In this document: positions 22,871 to 33,657 of the stretch, piece by piece
Position numbering within the stretch: position 1 is the first letter of the stretch
How the letters are laid out: each line of letters begins with the position of its first letter
Assembly (NCBI GenBank): GCA_959020685.1
Contig: CAUETL010000001.1
Coordinates: 1-39,868 of the forward strand
Direction of reading: 5' to 3'
DNA length: 39,868 bases
Source of the DNA: Haemophilus parainfluenzae
GTDB lineage: Bacteria; Pseudomonadota; Gammaproteobacteria; Enterobacterales; Pasteurellaceae
The notes under the pieces: model-generated
Told to the model about the DNA's origin: nothing
The model's input: only the letters and a program-made list of their open reading frames with translations
Databases searched by the model: none
Program-made: the position numbers and the translations under genes

Positions 22871-23269
22871 ATGAAAAACTTAGAAAAATACTCTCCGTAT
22901 GTTTTAGCTTTATTACGTATCGTCTCCGCGTATATGTTTATTTTACACGGCACAGCGAAATTCTGGGAATTCCCAATTTCGATGACGGGCGGTAACGGCG
23001 CAGTGGGCGATCCAATGATGATCGTCGGTGGAGTAATCGAGATTGTTGGTTCAATCCTATTAATTTTAGGTTTATTTGTTCGCCCAGCGGCATTTATCCT
23101 TTCTGGTCAAATGGCTTATGCGTATTTCTTTATGCACGCTGCAGGTAAAGGGAATTTATTTTTCCCAATCGCGAACGGTGGTGAACTTGCTTTACTTTAC
23201 TCTCTCGTGTTCTTCTATTTTGTGTTTGCGGGTGCTGGCGCATTTTCTCTAGACAATCGCAAACGTTAA
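22871..23269 (+). CDS. DoxX family membrane protein
   Basis: LLRI...FILHGTAK, EIVG..LLILGLFVRPAA, GGELALLY and GAGAFSLD motifs. Confidence 0.88.
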   Translation: MKNLEKYSPYVLALLRIVSAYMFILHGTAKFWEFPISMTGGNGAVGDPMMIVGGVIEIVGSILLILGLFVRPAAFILSGQMAYAYFFMHAAGKGNLFFPIANGGELALLYSLVFFYFVFAGAGAFSLDNRKR

Positions 23270-23291
23270 TCAATTATCTCATTCATTTGTT

Positions 23292-23314
23292 GCCCGCATT
23301 TCGCGGGCCTTTTT
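23292..23314 (+). terminator. terminator after the DoxX gene
   Basis: GCCCGC-ATTTC-GCGGGC followed by CTTTTT. Confidence 0.75.
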
Positions 23315-23384
23315 GTTTTTAAAATAGATTAAATAAATCACCGCACTTTTAAGTGAGCTTACCAGAAAAATTTTTTCTATATAA

Positions 23385-23406
23385 ACGCAAACGTTTGCGC
23401 TATAAT
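23385..23406 (+). promoter_or_regulatory. PurR operator abutting the -10 box of purHD
   Basis: ACGCAAACGTTTGCGC (PUR box palindrome) immediately followed by TATAAT. Confidence 0.88.
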
Positions 23407-23448
23407 TCCCCCCGCTTATTTTTAACCATTTAATGAAAGGAAAATGTA

Positions 23449-25047
23449 ATGACAGATCGTCCAATTCGTCAGGCTTTACTGAGTGTTTCTGATAAAACTG
23501 GTATCGTAGAATTTGCTCAAGGCTTAGTACAGCGTGGTGTAAAACTACTTTCCACAGGCGGTACCGCAAAATTATTGGAACAACATGGTTTACCGGTAAC
23601 AGAAGTGTCTGATTATACGGGATTCCCTGAAATGATGGACGGTCGTGTGAAAACCTTACATCCAAAAGTACATGGCGGGATTCTTGGCCGTCGTGGTACA
23701 GATGACGCTATCATGCAGCAACATGGCATCGAAGGCATTGATATGGTCGTCGTGAATTTATATCCATTTGCCGCTACCGTGGCTAAACCAAATTGTACGT
23801 TAGAAGACGCAGTAGAAAATATCGATATTGGTGGACCAACCATGGTGCGTTCTGCAGCGAAAAATCATAAAGATGTGGCGATCGTGGTGAATAATCATGA
23901 TTTTAACAACATTCTTGCTGAAATGGATAAACACCACAACAGCCTAACACTTGAAACTCGTTTTGACCTGGCGATTAAAGCATTTGAACATACCGCTCAA
24001 TATGATTCTATGATTGCCAACTATTTTGGACAAATGGTGAAACCGTATCATGTAGCAGAGGAAGAAGACGCAAATGCGAAGTGCGGTCAATTCCCACGTA
24101 CTTTAAATCTTAACTTCGTGCGCAAACAAACCATGCGTTACGGCGAAAACTCCCATCAAAATGCAGCCTTCTATGTTGATTTAAATGTGAAAGAAGCAAG
24201 CGTAGCCACCGCTCATCAATTACAAGGTAAAGCCTTGTCTTACAATAATATTGCTGACACCGATGCAGCACTTGAATGCGTGAAAGAATTTGATGAGCCG
24301 GCTTGTGTGATCGTTAAACACGCAAATCCATGCGGTGTGGCTTTAGGTAAAGATATTTTAGAAGCCTACAACCGCGCTTACCAAACCGATCCAACTTCTG
24401 CATTTGGCGGAATTATTGCTTTCAACCGTGAATTAGACGAAAAAACTGCGAATGAAATTGTGGAGCGCCAATTCGTTGAAGTGATTATTGCGCCGAAAGT
24501 TTCTGCTGAAGCGCAAGAAGTGGTGAAACGTAAGAAAAATGTTCGTTTACTTGAATGTGGTGAATGGACATCACGTTCTGAACGTCTAGATTTCAAACGT
24601 GTAAACGGCGGTTTATTAGTACAAGATGCGGATTTAGGCATGGTTGGCGTGGATGATTTAAAAGTGGTAAGTAAACGTCAGCCAACTGAACAAGAATTAA
24701 AAGACTTATTATTCTGCTGGAAAGTGGCGAAATTTGTGAAATCGAATGCCATTGTTTACGCCAAAGACAATCAAACTATCGGCATTGGTGCAGGCCAAAT
24801 GAGCCGCGTATATTCTGCGAAGATTGCAGGGATTAAGGCACAGGATGAAGGTTTAACCGTAGCCGGTTGTGTGATGGCATCTGATGCGTTTTTCCCATTC
24901 CGTGACGGTATTGATGCGGCGGCGAAAGTAGGGATTCAATGTGTTATCCATCCAGGTGGTTCAATGCGCGATCAAGAAGTTATTGATGCCGCGGATGAAC
25001 ATAATATGGTGATGGTATTAACTGGAATGAGACATTTCCGTCATTAA
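23449..25047 (+). CDS. purH: bifunctional AICAR transformylase/IMP cyclohydrolase
   Basis: [31 protein letters not shown] motifs; ends RHFRH. Confidence 0.98.
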   Translation: MTDRPIRQALLSVSDKTGIVEFAQGLVQRGVKLLSTGGTAKLLEQHGLPVTEVSDYTGFPEMMDGRVKTLHPKVHGGILGRRGTDDAIMQQHGIEGIDMVVVNLYPFAATVAKPNCTLEDAVENIDIGGPTMVRSAAKNHKDVAIVVNNHDFNNILAEMDKHHNSLTLETRFDLAIKAFEHTAQYDSMIANYFGQMVKPYHVAEEEDANAKCGQFPRTLNLNFVRKQTMRYGENSHQNAAFYVDLNVKEASVATAHQLQGKALSYNNIADTDAALECVKEFDEPACVIVKHANPCGVALGKDILEAYNRAYQTDPTSAFGGIIAFNRELDEKTANEIVERQFVEVIIAPKVSAEAQEVVKRKKNVRLLECGEWTSRSERLDFKRVNGGLLVQDADLGMVGVDDLKVVSKRQPTEQELKDLLFCWKVAKFVKSNAIVYAKDNQTIGIGAGQMSRVYSAKIAGIKAQDEGLTVAGCVMASDAFFPFRDGIDAAAKVGIQCVIHPGGSMRDQEVIDAADEHNMVMVLTGMRHFRH

Positions 25048-25119
25048 TCTAAACGCCCTTTTCCCCTTTCAGATTAAAGAGAGGGGATATTTAGCAATAA
25101 ATTACTTGGAACAGAACAA

Positions 25120-26409
25120 ATGAATATTCTCATCATCGGAAATGGCGGTCGTGAACACGCCTTGGCTTGGAAAGCTGCACAATCTCCATTAGCGGACAAA
25201 GTTTTCGTCGCACCAGGCAACGCGGGTACAGCATTAGAACAAAAAGTAGAAAACGTGGATATTTCTGCGACAGATATCCCTGCCTTAGTGAAATTTGCTC
25301 AAGATAAACAAATTGGATTAACCATTGTTGGTCCTGAAGCTCCATTAGTGATAGGGGTAGTTGATGCATTTCGTGCAGCTGGATTAAAAATTTTTGGCCC
25401 AACTCAAGCGGCTGCACAATTGGAAGGTTCAAAAGCATTTACCAAAGATTTCCTCGCGCGTCATAAAATCCCAACGGCAGAATATCAAAACTTCACCGAA
25501 GTAGAACCTGCATTGGCGTACTTGCGTGAGAAAGGTGCGCCAATTGTCGTAAAAGCAGATGGTCTGGCGGCGGGCAAAGGCGTAATCGTTGCAATGACAT
25601 TGCAAGAAGCGGAAGACGCTGTGCGTGATATGCTTTCTGGCAATGCCTTTGGCGAAGCGGGTAGCCGAGTGGTGATTGAAGAGTTTTTAGATGGCGAAGA
25701 AGCCAGCTTTATCGTCATGGTGGACGGTAAAAACGTCGAGCCTATGGCAACCAGTCAAGATCATAAACGCGTGGGCGAAAATGATACAGGTTTAAATACT
25801 GGTGGCATGGGAGCGTATTCGCCTGCACCAGTGGTGACACCTGAAATTCATGATCGCATTATGCGTGAAGTGATTTATCCAACGGTTAATGGCATGGCGG
25901 CAGAAGGCAATGTTTACACTGGTTTCTTGTATGCGGGATTAATGATCATGCCAAATGGTCAGCCGAAAGTAATTGAATTTAACTGCCGTTTTGGCGATCC
26001 AGAAACACAGCCAATTATGCTACGCCTTGAATCAGATCTCGTTGAGCTTTGCCTTAAAGCTTGCGAGGGAAAATTGGATGAAGTGAAATCCCAATGGAAT
26101 CCAAAAGCGTCCTTGGGTATTGTGTTAGCCGCGGAAGGCTATCCAGGCGATTATCGCAAAGGTGATGTGATTAGCGGTTTACCACAAAGTGTGGTCGAAA
26201 ATGAGAAAGTTTTCTTGGCTGGTGTCGCAGAAAAAGAAGGCAAATTAGTTACGAATGGCGGTCGCGTGCTTTGTGCTACTGCATTAGGCGAAAGCGTATT
26301 TGAAGCGCAACAAAAAGCCTTAAAACTCGCTGAGCAAATTCAATGGGCAGGGCGTTTTTATCGTCGAGATATTGGCTATCGTGCCGTTGCTCGTGAGCAG
26401 CAAAAATAA
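25120..26409 (+). CDS. purD: phosphoribosylamine--glycine ligase
   Basis: GNGGREHA, KADGLAAGKG, NTGGMG and EFNCRFGDPE motifs. Confidence 0.98.
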   Translation: MNILIIGNGGREHALAWKAAQSPLADKVFVAPGNAGTALEQKVENVDISATDIPALVKFAQDKQIGLTIVGPEAPLVIGVVDAFRAAGLKIFGPTQAAAQLEGSKAFTKDFLARHKIPTAEYQNFTEVEPALAYLREKGAPIVVKADGLAAGKGVIVAMTLQEAEDAVRDMLSGNAFGEAGSRVVIEEFLDGEEASFIVMVDGKNVEPMATSQDHKRVGENDTGLNTGGMGAYSPAPVVTPEIHDRIMREVIYPTVNGMAAEGNVYTGFLYAGLMIMPNGQPKVIEFNCRFGDPETQPIMLRLESDLVELCLKACEGKLDEVKSQWNPKASLGIVLAAEGYPGDYRKGDVISGLPQSVVENEKVFLAGVAEKEGKLVTNGGRVLCATALGESVFEAQQKALKLAEQIQWAGRFYRRDIGYRAVAREQQK

Positions 26410-26433
26410 CTACATTTAATGTTAAGGGATCGA

Positions 26434-27657
26434 ATGGATTATAAAAATAAAGAATTATGTCGTCTTCGCACAATCAGTTTTTTTCTGACTTTACATAAAG
26501 ATAAAACGCAATGGGAAGACGCCCTTTATTCGATAAAACGTGATGTGGATTTGTTATTGCCAGCTGTGCAGAAAGCAGGTTATACCTTGCAATCGATTCG
26601 GGTCATTACCAATCCTTTTGGTGAATATTTGGATTTAACCAATTTGCAAACAGCAAAAGCAGATTTGCAGTATTTAACAGAGTTACTGAATAAGTTTAAT
26701 GAAAGTGGCATTCGTCTTCGATTTGCGATAGGTGCGGCGAGAAGTAAAGAGGAAATTGCGTTATTGCCAGAGTTAATCGCAGCTTATGGCGACTTGTGTA
26801 ATGCTTGTGTTAATGTGCCATTAGATGAAAATGGCGTGTTAGATAATGAACTTATCGAACAATCTGTTTATGCTGTACAACGAATTGCAAATATCACACC
26901 ACGTGGCGAAGGTAATTTTAACTTTACGGTGAATTTTAATTGCAAGCCATTTATTCCTTATTTCCCTGCCGGTTATCATCTAAGTCATTTACCAAATAGT
27001 TTTGTCATTGGGTTAGAAACACCTGATTTATTAGTCGAAGTATTAAAATCTGTACCAAAATCGTCTCATAATCAATTTTATGCGGATTGTTATCGCGCAA
27101 TGTCGCAAGCGCTGCAATATCATGTAGATCAAGTGTTAGAGATGCTAAGTGCGGTCAAATTATCGGGCGAATTTGAATTTGCAGGGATTGATAGTTCGGC
27201 GGCACCATCGAAAAATTGTTCATCCATGACAAAAATCTATGAATTAATGGGATTACCTTATTTTGGTGCGGCTGGTTCAGTAGAGGTTTCTGCCTTACTG
27301 ACAAAAGTGTTTAAATCAATCCAACATGTGCCATTGATTGGGTTTTCCGGATTAAAGTTGGCGGTGACGGAAGATTTAGGTTTAGCCGAAGGAACACAAA
27401 AACACTATTTTGATATTCGTGCTTTACTGACGTATAGCTCTGTATGTGGTATCGGTTTAGATACGGTTCCTGTGGCGGGAAATGCTAAGGCTGAAAGCAT
27501 CGCGGCGATTATGCGTGATACGGGGACGATGGCATTTCGCTTAAATAAACCGCTAACCGTGCGTTTATTCCCTATTCCGAATAAGGTTGCAGGTGAAATA
27601 TCAGAATTTGAGAGTGATGATTTATGTAACTGCCGCCTTTTGCGTATTCCGGATTAA
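26434..27657 (+). CDS. DUF711/UPF0210 family protein of unknown function
   Basis: GIDSSAAP, GFSGLxL, YSSVCGIGLDTVP and KPLTVRLFPIP recognised as family motifs from memory. Start set at 26434 (SD AAGGGA); track start is 26419. Confidence 0.75.
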   Translation: MDYKNKELCRLRTISFFLTLHKDKTQWEDALYSIKRDVDLLLPAVQKAGYTLQSIRVITNPFGEYLDLTNLQTAKADLQYLTELLNKFNESGIRLRFAIGAARSKEEIALLPELIAAYGDLCNACVNVPLDENGVLDNELIEQSVYAVQRIANITPRGEGNFNFTVNFNCKPFIPYFPAGYHLSHLPNSFVIGLETPDLLVEVLKSVPKSSHNQFYADCYRAMSQALQYHVDQVLEMLSAVKLSGEFEFAGIDSSAAPSKNCSSMTKIYELMGLPYFGAAGSVEVSALLTKVFKSIQHVPLIGFSGLKLAVTEDLGLAEGTQKHYFDIRALLTYSSVCGIGLDTVPVAGNAKAESIAAIMRDTGTMAFRLNKPLTVRLFPIPNKVAGEISEFESDDLCNCRLLRIPD

Positions 27658-27720
27658 ATAAAAATTTCCCTACTTTGTTGTGATGAATGTTATCCCTACT
27701 GACAATAAAAGGAGTATCTT

Positions 27721-28266
27721 ATGAGAAAGTTAATATTGGGTAGTTTTGTAGCAGTATTATTAACAGGTTGTGCTGGGGCTTCAAATGTTTCACAAAGCTC
27801 AACGTTAGATGGCGAATGGATTTGTCATACTATCCCGACGAAAGATAAACAAACTTATGATCGTTTAGATCATTTTGTCTTGAAATCTGATGGAACAGGT
27901 ATGTTGCGAGGTATTTCGAGTATCGAATTAGATAAAGAAAGCACAATTCGTTATTTAACCAAAGGCAAGGTGAAATGGGTTGCTCAAAATAATGTCTTGA
28001 GTTTTGATTTTATCAATCGTTCTATGGTACCGGCTCATAGTAAAAATGTGGCTAAAGTCATCAAGCAAAATAAAGCCCTACAAAAACAAGAAAAAGAAGA
28101 GCTGGCTGCATTTTATAGTAAATCTGCCAATCATACAGATATGCCAATTGAGTTGAAAAAAAATGGCAATCAACTTATTCTCGGTAAGGATTATGCGACC
28201 TGCCGACGAGTAACAGAGAATGACAAGGACATTCAGTTATTGAATAAGTGGTTTGTAAAGAAATAG
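27721..28266 (+). CDS. hypothetical lipoprotein, paralogue 1
   Basis: SD AAGGAG; signal peptide with lipobox LLTGC; LDGEWIC motif. Confidence 0.8.
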   Translation: MRKLILGSFVAVLLTGCAGASNVSQSSTLDGEWICHTIPTKDKQTYDRLDHFVLKSDGTGMLRGISSIELDKESTIRYLTKGKVKWVAQNNVLSFDFINRSMVPAHSKNVAKVIKQNKALQKQEKEELAAFYSKSANHTDMPIELKKNGNQLILGKDYATCRRVTENDKDIQLLNKWFVKK

Positions 28267-28345
28267 GGTCGATTAAGAAAAACAAATACGATTTCAACCG
28301 CACTTTATTTTTAGGTGCGGGGATCTGATTAATAAAAGGAGAGTT

Positions 28346-28918
28346 ATGATGAGAAAATTAGTATTAAGTAGTCTTATCGCTGTATTGTTATCAGGATGTG
28401 CAACGGCGCATCAACAAACTGAACAGGAAAAAGCCTTAGTGGGCGATTGGATTTGCCATGTAAAACCTGCAGCCAAATCTCCTTTACCTGTAGAGCATTT
28501 TGATTATGTCACCTATCACGCAGATCAAACTGTGCTTCTACGTGGTATTTCACAGATTGATACAAAAGAAGGCTGGATGCGTTATTTATTGCAAGCTAAA
28601 GCTAAATGGCAGGCAAGTGATGGTAAGTTAAGTTATGACTTTACGGATCGTCTATTTAAAACCGCCCATTCACCACAAGTCGCGAAAATTATTGAACAAT
28701 CTCCAGAATTTAAAGAATTAGATAAGGAATTTGTTTCACCTTGTAATAACTGCGGTAATCATTTGGATATGAAGATTAAAATGAAAAGCCCAACAAGGAT
28801 GACTAATTTTAATACCTATACGAAAGAAACCAGCCAATGCCGTAAACTGGGTGCTGGCGAGAAAACAAAAGAAGTTAAACTAATTGAGAAATTAGTGAAA
28901 GAAAAAGGCTCGATTTAG
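28346..28918 (+). CDS. hypothetical lipoprotein, paralogue 2 (extra CxxC)
   Basis: SD AAGGAG; lipobox LLSGC; LVGDWIC motif; aligns with the upstream lipoprotein. Confidence 0.8.
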   Translation: MMRKLVLSSLIAVLLSGCATAHQQTEQEKALVGDWICHVKPAAKSPLPVEHFDYVTYHADQTVLLRGISQIDTKEGWMRYLLQAKAKWQASDGKLSYDFTDRLFKTAHSPQVAKIIEQSPEFKELDKEFVSPCNNCGNHLDMKIKMKSPTRMTNFNTYTKETSQCRKLGAGEKTKEVKLIEKLVKEKGSI

Positions 28919-28923
28919 ATAAA

Positions 28924-28936
28924 TGAATGTTTTTCA
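28924..28936 (+). promoter_or_regulatory. putative MetR site upstream of glyA
   Basis: TGAA-TGTTT-TTCA matches TGAANNWNNTTCA. glyA is MetR-activated in E. coli. Confidence 0.55.
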
Positions 28937-29033
28937 TTGTAATAATGAAAAATATGATCGAAATTTTTGATTAAGTTTTTACTTGGAAACAGGTAAACTA
29001 TACACAAATAATTCAAACAACGAGGAAAACACA

Positions 29034-30296
29034 ATGTTTAAAAAAAGTATGAACATCGCTGATTACGATCCGGTTCTATGGCAAGCCGTTCAGGGCGAAA
29101 ATCGTCGTCAAGAAGAGCATATCGAGCTTATCGCATCTGAAAACTATGCGAGCCCACGCGTAATGGAAGCGCAAGGTTCACAGTTTACTAACAAGTATGC
29201 TGAAGGCTATCCAGGTAAACGTTACTACGGCGGTTGTGAGTACGCAGACATTGTAGAACAGTTAGCAATTGATCGTGCTAAAGAGTTGTTTGGTGCGGAT
29301 TATGTGAACGTACAACCACACTCAGGTTCACAAGCGAATGCGGCGGTATATGGTGCATTAATCAATGCGGGCGATACCATTTTAGGGATGGATTTAGCAC
29401 ACGGTGGCCATTTAACCCATGGGGCGAAAGTAAGCTTCTCCGGTAAAATCTATAATTCTGTACTTTATGGTATCACTGCTGATGGTTTAATCGACTATGA
29501 AGATGTACGTCAAAAAGCATTAGAACATAAACCAAAAATGATCGTGGCAGGTTTCTCTGCTTATTCTCAAGTGGTAGATTGGAAAAAAATGCGTGAAATC
29601 GCGGATGAAGTAGGCGCGTATTTATTTGTGGATATGGCACACGTTGCAGGTTTAATCGCAGCAGGTTTATATCCAAACCCATTACCATATGCACATGTTG
29701 TCACAACAACTACCCATAAAACCTTAGGTGGTCCACGTGGCGGTTTAATCCTTTCTTCTTGCGGTGATGAAGAGCTTTATAAACGCTTACAATCTTCTGT
29801 TTTCCCTGCAAACCAAGGTGGTCCATTAGTTCACATTATTGCCGCGAAAGCAGTATGTTTCAAAGAGGCGTTAGAACCAGCTTATAAAGAATACCAAGCA
29901 AACGTAATTAAAAATGCGAAAGCAATGGTGGAAGTGTTTAAACAACGCGGTTATGACGTGGTTTCAAATGGTACAGAAAACCATTTATTCTTAGTGAGCT
30001 TCATCAAACAAGCCTTAACCGGTAAAGCGGCTGATGCTGCGTTAGGTAAAGCGAATATCACGGTGAATAAAAACTCAGTACCAAATGACCCACAAAAACC
30101 ATTTGTGACCTCTGGTATTCGTGTTGGTACACCAGCGGTGACTCGTCGTGGCTTTAACGAACAAGACTGTCGTGAGTTAGCCGGCTGGATGTGTGATGTA
30201 TTAGATGCATTAGGCAAAGAAAACGAAGAACAAGTGATTGCAGCAACCAAAGAAAAAGTATTGGCAATCTGCAAACGTCTTCCAGTTTACGCATAA
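29034..30296 (+). CDS. glyA: serine hydroxymethyltransferase
   Basis: [22 protein letters not shown] and the PLP lysine motif [10 protein letters not shown]. Start set at ATG 29034 (SD GAGG). Confidence 0.98.
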   Translation: MFKKSMNIADYDPVLWQAVQGENRRQEEHIELIASENYASPRVMEAQGSQFTNKYAEGYPGKRYYGGCEYADIVEQLAIDRAKELFGADYVNVQPHSGSQANAAVYGALINAGDTILGMDLAHGGHLTHGAKVSFSGKIYNSVLYGITADGLIDYEDVRQKALEHKPKMIVAGFSAYSQVVDWKKMREIADEVGAYLFVDMAHVAGLIAAGLYPNPLPYAHVVTTTTHKTLGGPRGGLILSSCGDEELYKRLQSSVFPANQGGPLVHIIAAKAVCFKEALEPAYKEYQANVIKNAKAMVEVFKQRGYDVVSNGTENHLFLVSFIKQALTGKAADAALGKANITVNKNSVPNDPQKPFVTSGIRVGTPAVTRRGFNEQDCRELAGWMCDVLDALGKENEEQVIAATKEKVLAICKRLPVYA

Positions 30297-30571
30297 TGCT
30301 GATTCAGCTTTTATTTGTGATGTTAGCGGCGGTAAATATCGCCGCTTATTTTTTAATGTGGAAAGATAAAGTCCGCGCGGTTCGTCACGGCTGGCGAATT
30401 TCTGAAAATACCTTTTTTCTATTAAGTCTTCTTGGTGGGTTTATTGGCGTTTATTGCGGGATGAAACGCTTTCGCCATAAAACTAAACACTTCAGTTTTA
30501 AATTTGTTGTAATTCTCAGTGCCTTTATTTGGTTGATTTTAATGCCTTATTGGTATTTCTTTCTTGAATAA
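30296..30571 (+). CDS. DUF1294 family small membrane protein
   Basis: DKVRA...WRISE...LLGG..G....RHKTKH motif; TAATG overlap with the glyA stop. Confidence 0.85.
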   Translation: MLIQLLFVMLAAVNIAAYFLMWKDKVRAVRHGWRISENTFFLLSLLGGFIGVYCGMKRFRHKTKHFSFKFVVILSAFIWLILMPYWYFFLE

Positions 30572-30599
30572 TATTGAGTACAGAATGACTTTCAGTAAT

Positions 30600-30631
30600 A
30601 AAAAAGCCTAGAGAATATCTCTAGGCTTTTT
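30600..30631. terminator. bidirectional terminator
   Basis: AAAAAGCCTAGAGA-ATA-TCTCTAGGCTTTTT between convergent genes. Confidence 0.88.
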
Positions 30632-30645
30632 AGCATGTAATTAGA

Positions 30646-31179
30646 TTATTTAAAAATGAGGCGTCTTTTTCTGCTTTTCTTCACTTGTGAAATAGTGATT
30701 AATCCCAACACAAGGACATAAACAGCAAAAATAAACACGAGCCATTGCACCATAGTGATACCGAAGAGTGACCATTGACTTTCGTTACAGCTACCTGTCG
30801 GATTGAAGACTGCAGGTAGCCATTTATGGAATGGTAAAGTTTCCGGAAAGTTTGGTATAAATTCACATTGTTTCCACGGTGCAGGGTTCATTTGTAAATC
30901 AAGGTGACGGATAGAAATCATTAATCCTTTAATTGCACTAAATAAACCCACAATAAGAGCAAGAATGCGGATAATAAGCGAACTTGGGGCTAGGGCGCCG
31001 ATAAGACCAGCGACGAATAAACCCACAACAGCTAAACGTTCATAAACACAAAGTACGCAAGGTTGCAAACCCATGCCGTATTGAAAATAAAGTGCGGTCG
31101 ATTCTAAGGCAAATGCGGTAAATGCCAAAAAGATCCACGCTGAACGTTTAAGGGATAATTGCTTAAAAAAGTCGAGCAT
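30646..31179 (-). CDS. dsbB: disulfide bond formation protein B
   Basis: PCVLCVYER and second Cys pair (KQCEF, GSC); nhaB-dsbB synteny. Confidence 0.95.
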   Translation of the reverse strand: MLDFFKQLSLKRSAWIFLAFTAFALESTALYFQYGMGLQPCVLCVYERLAVVGLFVAGLIGALAPSSLIIRILALIVGLFSAIKGLMISIRHLDLQMNPAPWKQCEFIPNFPETLPFHKWLPAVFNPTGSCNESQWSLFGITMVQWLVFIFAVYVLVLGLITISQVKKSRKRRLIFK

Positions 31180-31198
31180 TCTTTCTCCTTATGCTTCA

Positions 31199-32737
31199 CT
31201 AAATAGGAAGAATTAAGCCAAGGTTCGCAAGCAAAATTGTCATATCTGGTAAGATAAATTCGATGGCAAGGAAACCCACCACGGTTAATACGATGGTGTA
31301 AGGCAATGCCATATAGACCATTCTACCATAGGAAAGTTTAATTAACGGTGCAAGAGAGGATGTCAGTAAGAACAAGAATGCGGCTTGACCGTTTGGCGTT
31401 GCTACAGAAGGTAAGTTTGTACCTGTATTGATTGCGACCGCAAGTAATTCAAATTGGTGTGGTGCAATTGCTCCAGCTGTAAGCGCATTTTTCGCTTCAT
31501 TGATGTAAACCGTTGCAACGAATACGTTATCAGAAATTGCAGAAAGTAAACCGTTGAAACCATAGAATAGGGCTAACTGGGTTTTCTCTTCTGCATTTAA
31601 TACGAAGTGGATAATTGGACCAAAGAGTTTTTGATCGATAATCACCGCAACGATAGAGAAAAAGACCACTAATAACGCAGTGAAAGGTAAGCTTTCTTGG
31701 AATGATTTACCAATCGCGTGTTCATCTGTAACGCCGGTAAAGGTAGTCGCAAGAATAATCACACTTAAACCGATTAGACCAACAGCGGCTAAGTGGAAGG
31801 CTAGACCTAAGATTAACCAAATCGCGATAAGACCTTGAACAGAAAGACGTACTTTATCTTGTTTAGACATTTTTTGTGTATTTTCACGATCTAAATCAGC
31901 CAAGATTTTCCATACTTCTTCTGGTAATTTTTCGCCATAGCCGAACACTTTAAATTTTTCCACTAAAACACAAGTGAGTAATCCACAGATAAAGACCGGA
32001 ATGGTCACTGGCGCCATACGGAAGAAGAATTCAATGAAGTTCCATTTTGCTTGTTCTGCAATAATCAGGTTTTGTGGTTCACCCACCATGGTCATCACAC
32101 CACCTAGTGCTGTCCCCACACCTGCATGCATCATTAAGCTACGTAAGAAAGAACGGAATTTTTCGAGAGTTTCATGATTTTTAATTTTGTTATCATCAGA
32201 AATATCAACTGCATCTTGTAGTGTTTTACCGGATGCGACTTTGTGATAAACCCCATAGAAACCCATAGCTACGCTGATAATTACTGCAACAACAGTAAGT
32301 GCATCTAAGAAAGCTGAAAGAAATGCAGCACTAAAACAGAACGCGACAGAAAGGACGATTTTAGAACGGATACGGACTAATAATTTGGTGAACACATAAA
32401 GCAAAAGTTGCTTCATAAAGTAAATACCGGCCACCATAAAGATTAAAAGTAAAACGACTTCAAAGTTTGCCATGATCTCGGCTTTAACGTGCTCTGCATT
32501 CGTCATACCAATAGCAATAGCTTCAACGGCTAATAAACCACCCGGTTGAAGAGGATAGCATTTTAATGCCATTGCTAGGGTGAAAATAAACTCAGCCACG
32601 AGTACCCAACCCGCCACAAATGGGCTTACCCAAAAGAATAAAATTGGGTTAATTACCAAGAAGGCAATAATAGTTAATTTATACCAATCAGGGCTCGAGC
32701 CCAGAAAGTTTTTCATAAAAGCTTGTGTGTAAGTCAT
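31199..32737 (-). CDS. nhaB: Na+/H+ antiporter NhaB
   Basis: [27 protein letters not shown] and [15 protein letters not shown] motifs. Confidence 0.96.
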   Translation of the reverse strand: MTYTQAFMKNFLGSSPDWYKLTIIAFLVINPILFFWVSPFVAGWVLVAEFIFTLAMALKCYPLQPGGLLAVEAIAIGMTNAEHVKAEIMANFEVVLLLIFMVAGIYFMKQLLLYVFTKLLVRIRSKIVLSVAFCFSAAFLSAFLDALTVVAVIISVAMGFYGVYHKVASGKTLQDAVDISDDNKIKNHETLEKFRSFLRSLMMHAGVGTALGGVMTMVGEPQNLIIAEQAKWNFIEFFFRMAPVTIPVFICGLLTCVLVEKFKVFGYGEKLPEEVWKILADLDRENTQKMSKQDKVRLSVQGLIAIWLILGLAFHLAAVGLIGLSVIILATTFTGVTDEHAIGKSFQESLPFTALLVVFFSIVAVIIDQKLFGPIIHFVLNAEEKTQLALFYGFNGLLSAISDNVFVATVYINEAKNALTAGAIAPHQFELLAVAINTGTNLPSVATPNGQAAFLFLLTSSLAPLIKLSYGRMVYMALPYTIVLTVVGFLAIEFILPDMTILLANLGLILPI

Positions 32738-32870
32738 ATTGAACTCCGTTTTTTATAGTCCTATCATTGTAATATATACTGCTTTAAAGGATAATAGACC
32801 AGTTAAAGATTTATTCAATAAATCACATTTTTTTGATCTTTTTAGACTTTTTTATATTTATTTCATACTC

Positions 32871-33599
32871 ATGCAAACAGATAATACCCTTTTACGGGCT
32901 CAAAGCCCAGCTGCGCTTGCCGAAGAATATATTGTTAGAAGTATTTGGGATGATGTATTTCCCGCCGGCACCAATCTTCCTTCTGAGCGTGATTTAGCTG
33001 ATAAAATCGGCGTAACACGCACCACATTACGTGAAGTATTACAGCGTTTGGCTCGTGATGGCTGGCTTACCATTCAACACGGCAAGCCGACAAAAGTCAA
33101 TGATATTTGGGATACAGCTGGTCCAAGCATCATTGAAACCTTAATTACCTTAGATCGCCAAAGTGCGCCGTTAATTATTGAAAATATGTTGTCATTGCGT
33201 AGTCGCATGTCAGAATCTTATATTTATGAGGCAGTAAAAAATTCACCTAAAGCTTCTGCAGCCTTGTTCAAAGGGATGGATGCTTTAGAGAATACCGCTG
33301 AAAGCTACATGGAATTTGACTATGCCTTATTTCGTCAGTTTACCGTAATGGCTAATAAACCTTTCTATCGTTTAATTTTCAATAGCTTACGTGGGGTTTA
33401 TCATAAAATTGGTTTGTTATTCTTTAGTGACGAAAAACATCGCCAAGTGACACATGATTTTTATGTGGAATTGCGTGATATTTGTGAAAAAGGTCAATCT
33501 GATTTAGTGGTGGAATGTATTCGTAAACACAAGCAAGTTACCTCCGCCTACTGGCGAGCCATTTTAGAAAGTTTGCCAAAAGATTTAGCAACAGAATAA
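32871..33599 (+). CDS. fadR: fatty acid metabolism regulator FadR
   Basis: [40 protein letters not shown]; divergent from nhaB. Start moved to ATG 32871. Confidence 0.93.
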   Translation: MQTDNTLLRAQSPAALAEEYIVRSIWDDVFPAGTNLPSERDLADKIGVTRTTLREVLQRLARDGWLTIQHGKPTKVNDIWDTAGPSIIETLITLDRQSAPLIIENMLSLRSRMSESYIYEAVKNSPKASAALFKGMDALENTAESYMEFDYALFRQFTVMANKPFYRLIFNSLRGVYHKIGLLFFSDEKHRQVTHDFYVELRDICEKGQSDLVVECIRKHKQVTSAYWRAILESLPKDLATE

Positions 33600-33603
33600 T
33601 ATT

Positions 33604-33633
33604 AAAAGTGCGGTTGAAAATGACCGCACTTTT
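33604..33633 (+). terminator. USS-pair hairpin or terminator after fadR
   Basis: AAAAGTGCGGT-TGAAAATG-ACCGCACTTTT. Confidence 0.7.
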
Positions 33634-33657
33634 TCCTTATATCAAGAACTCAATACT

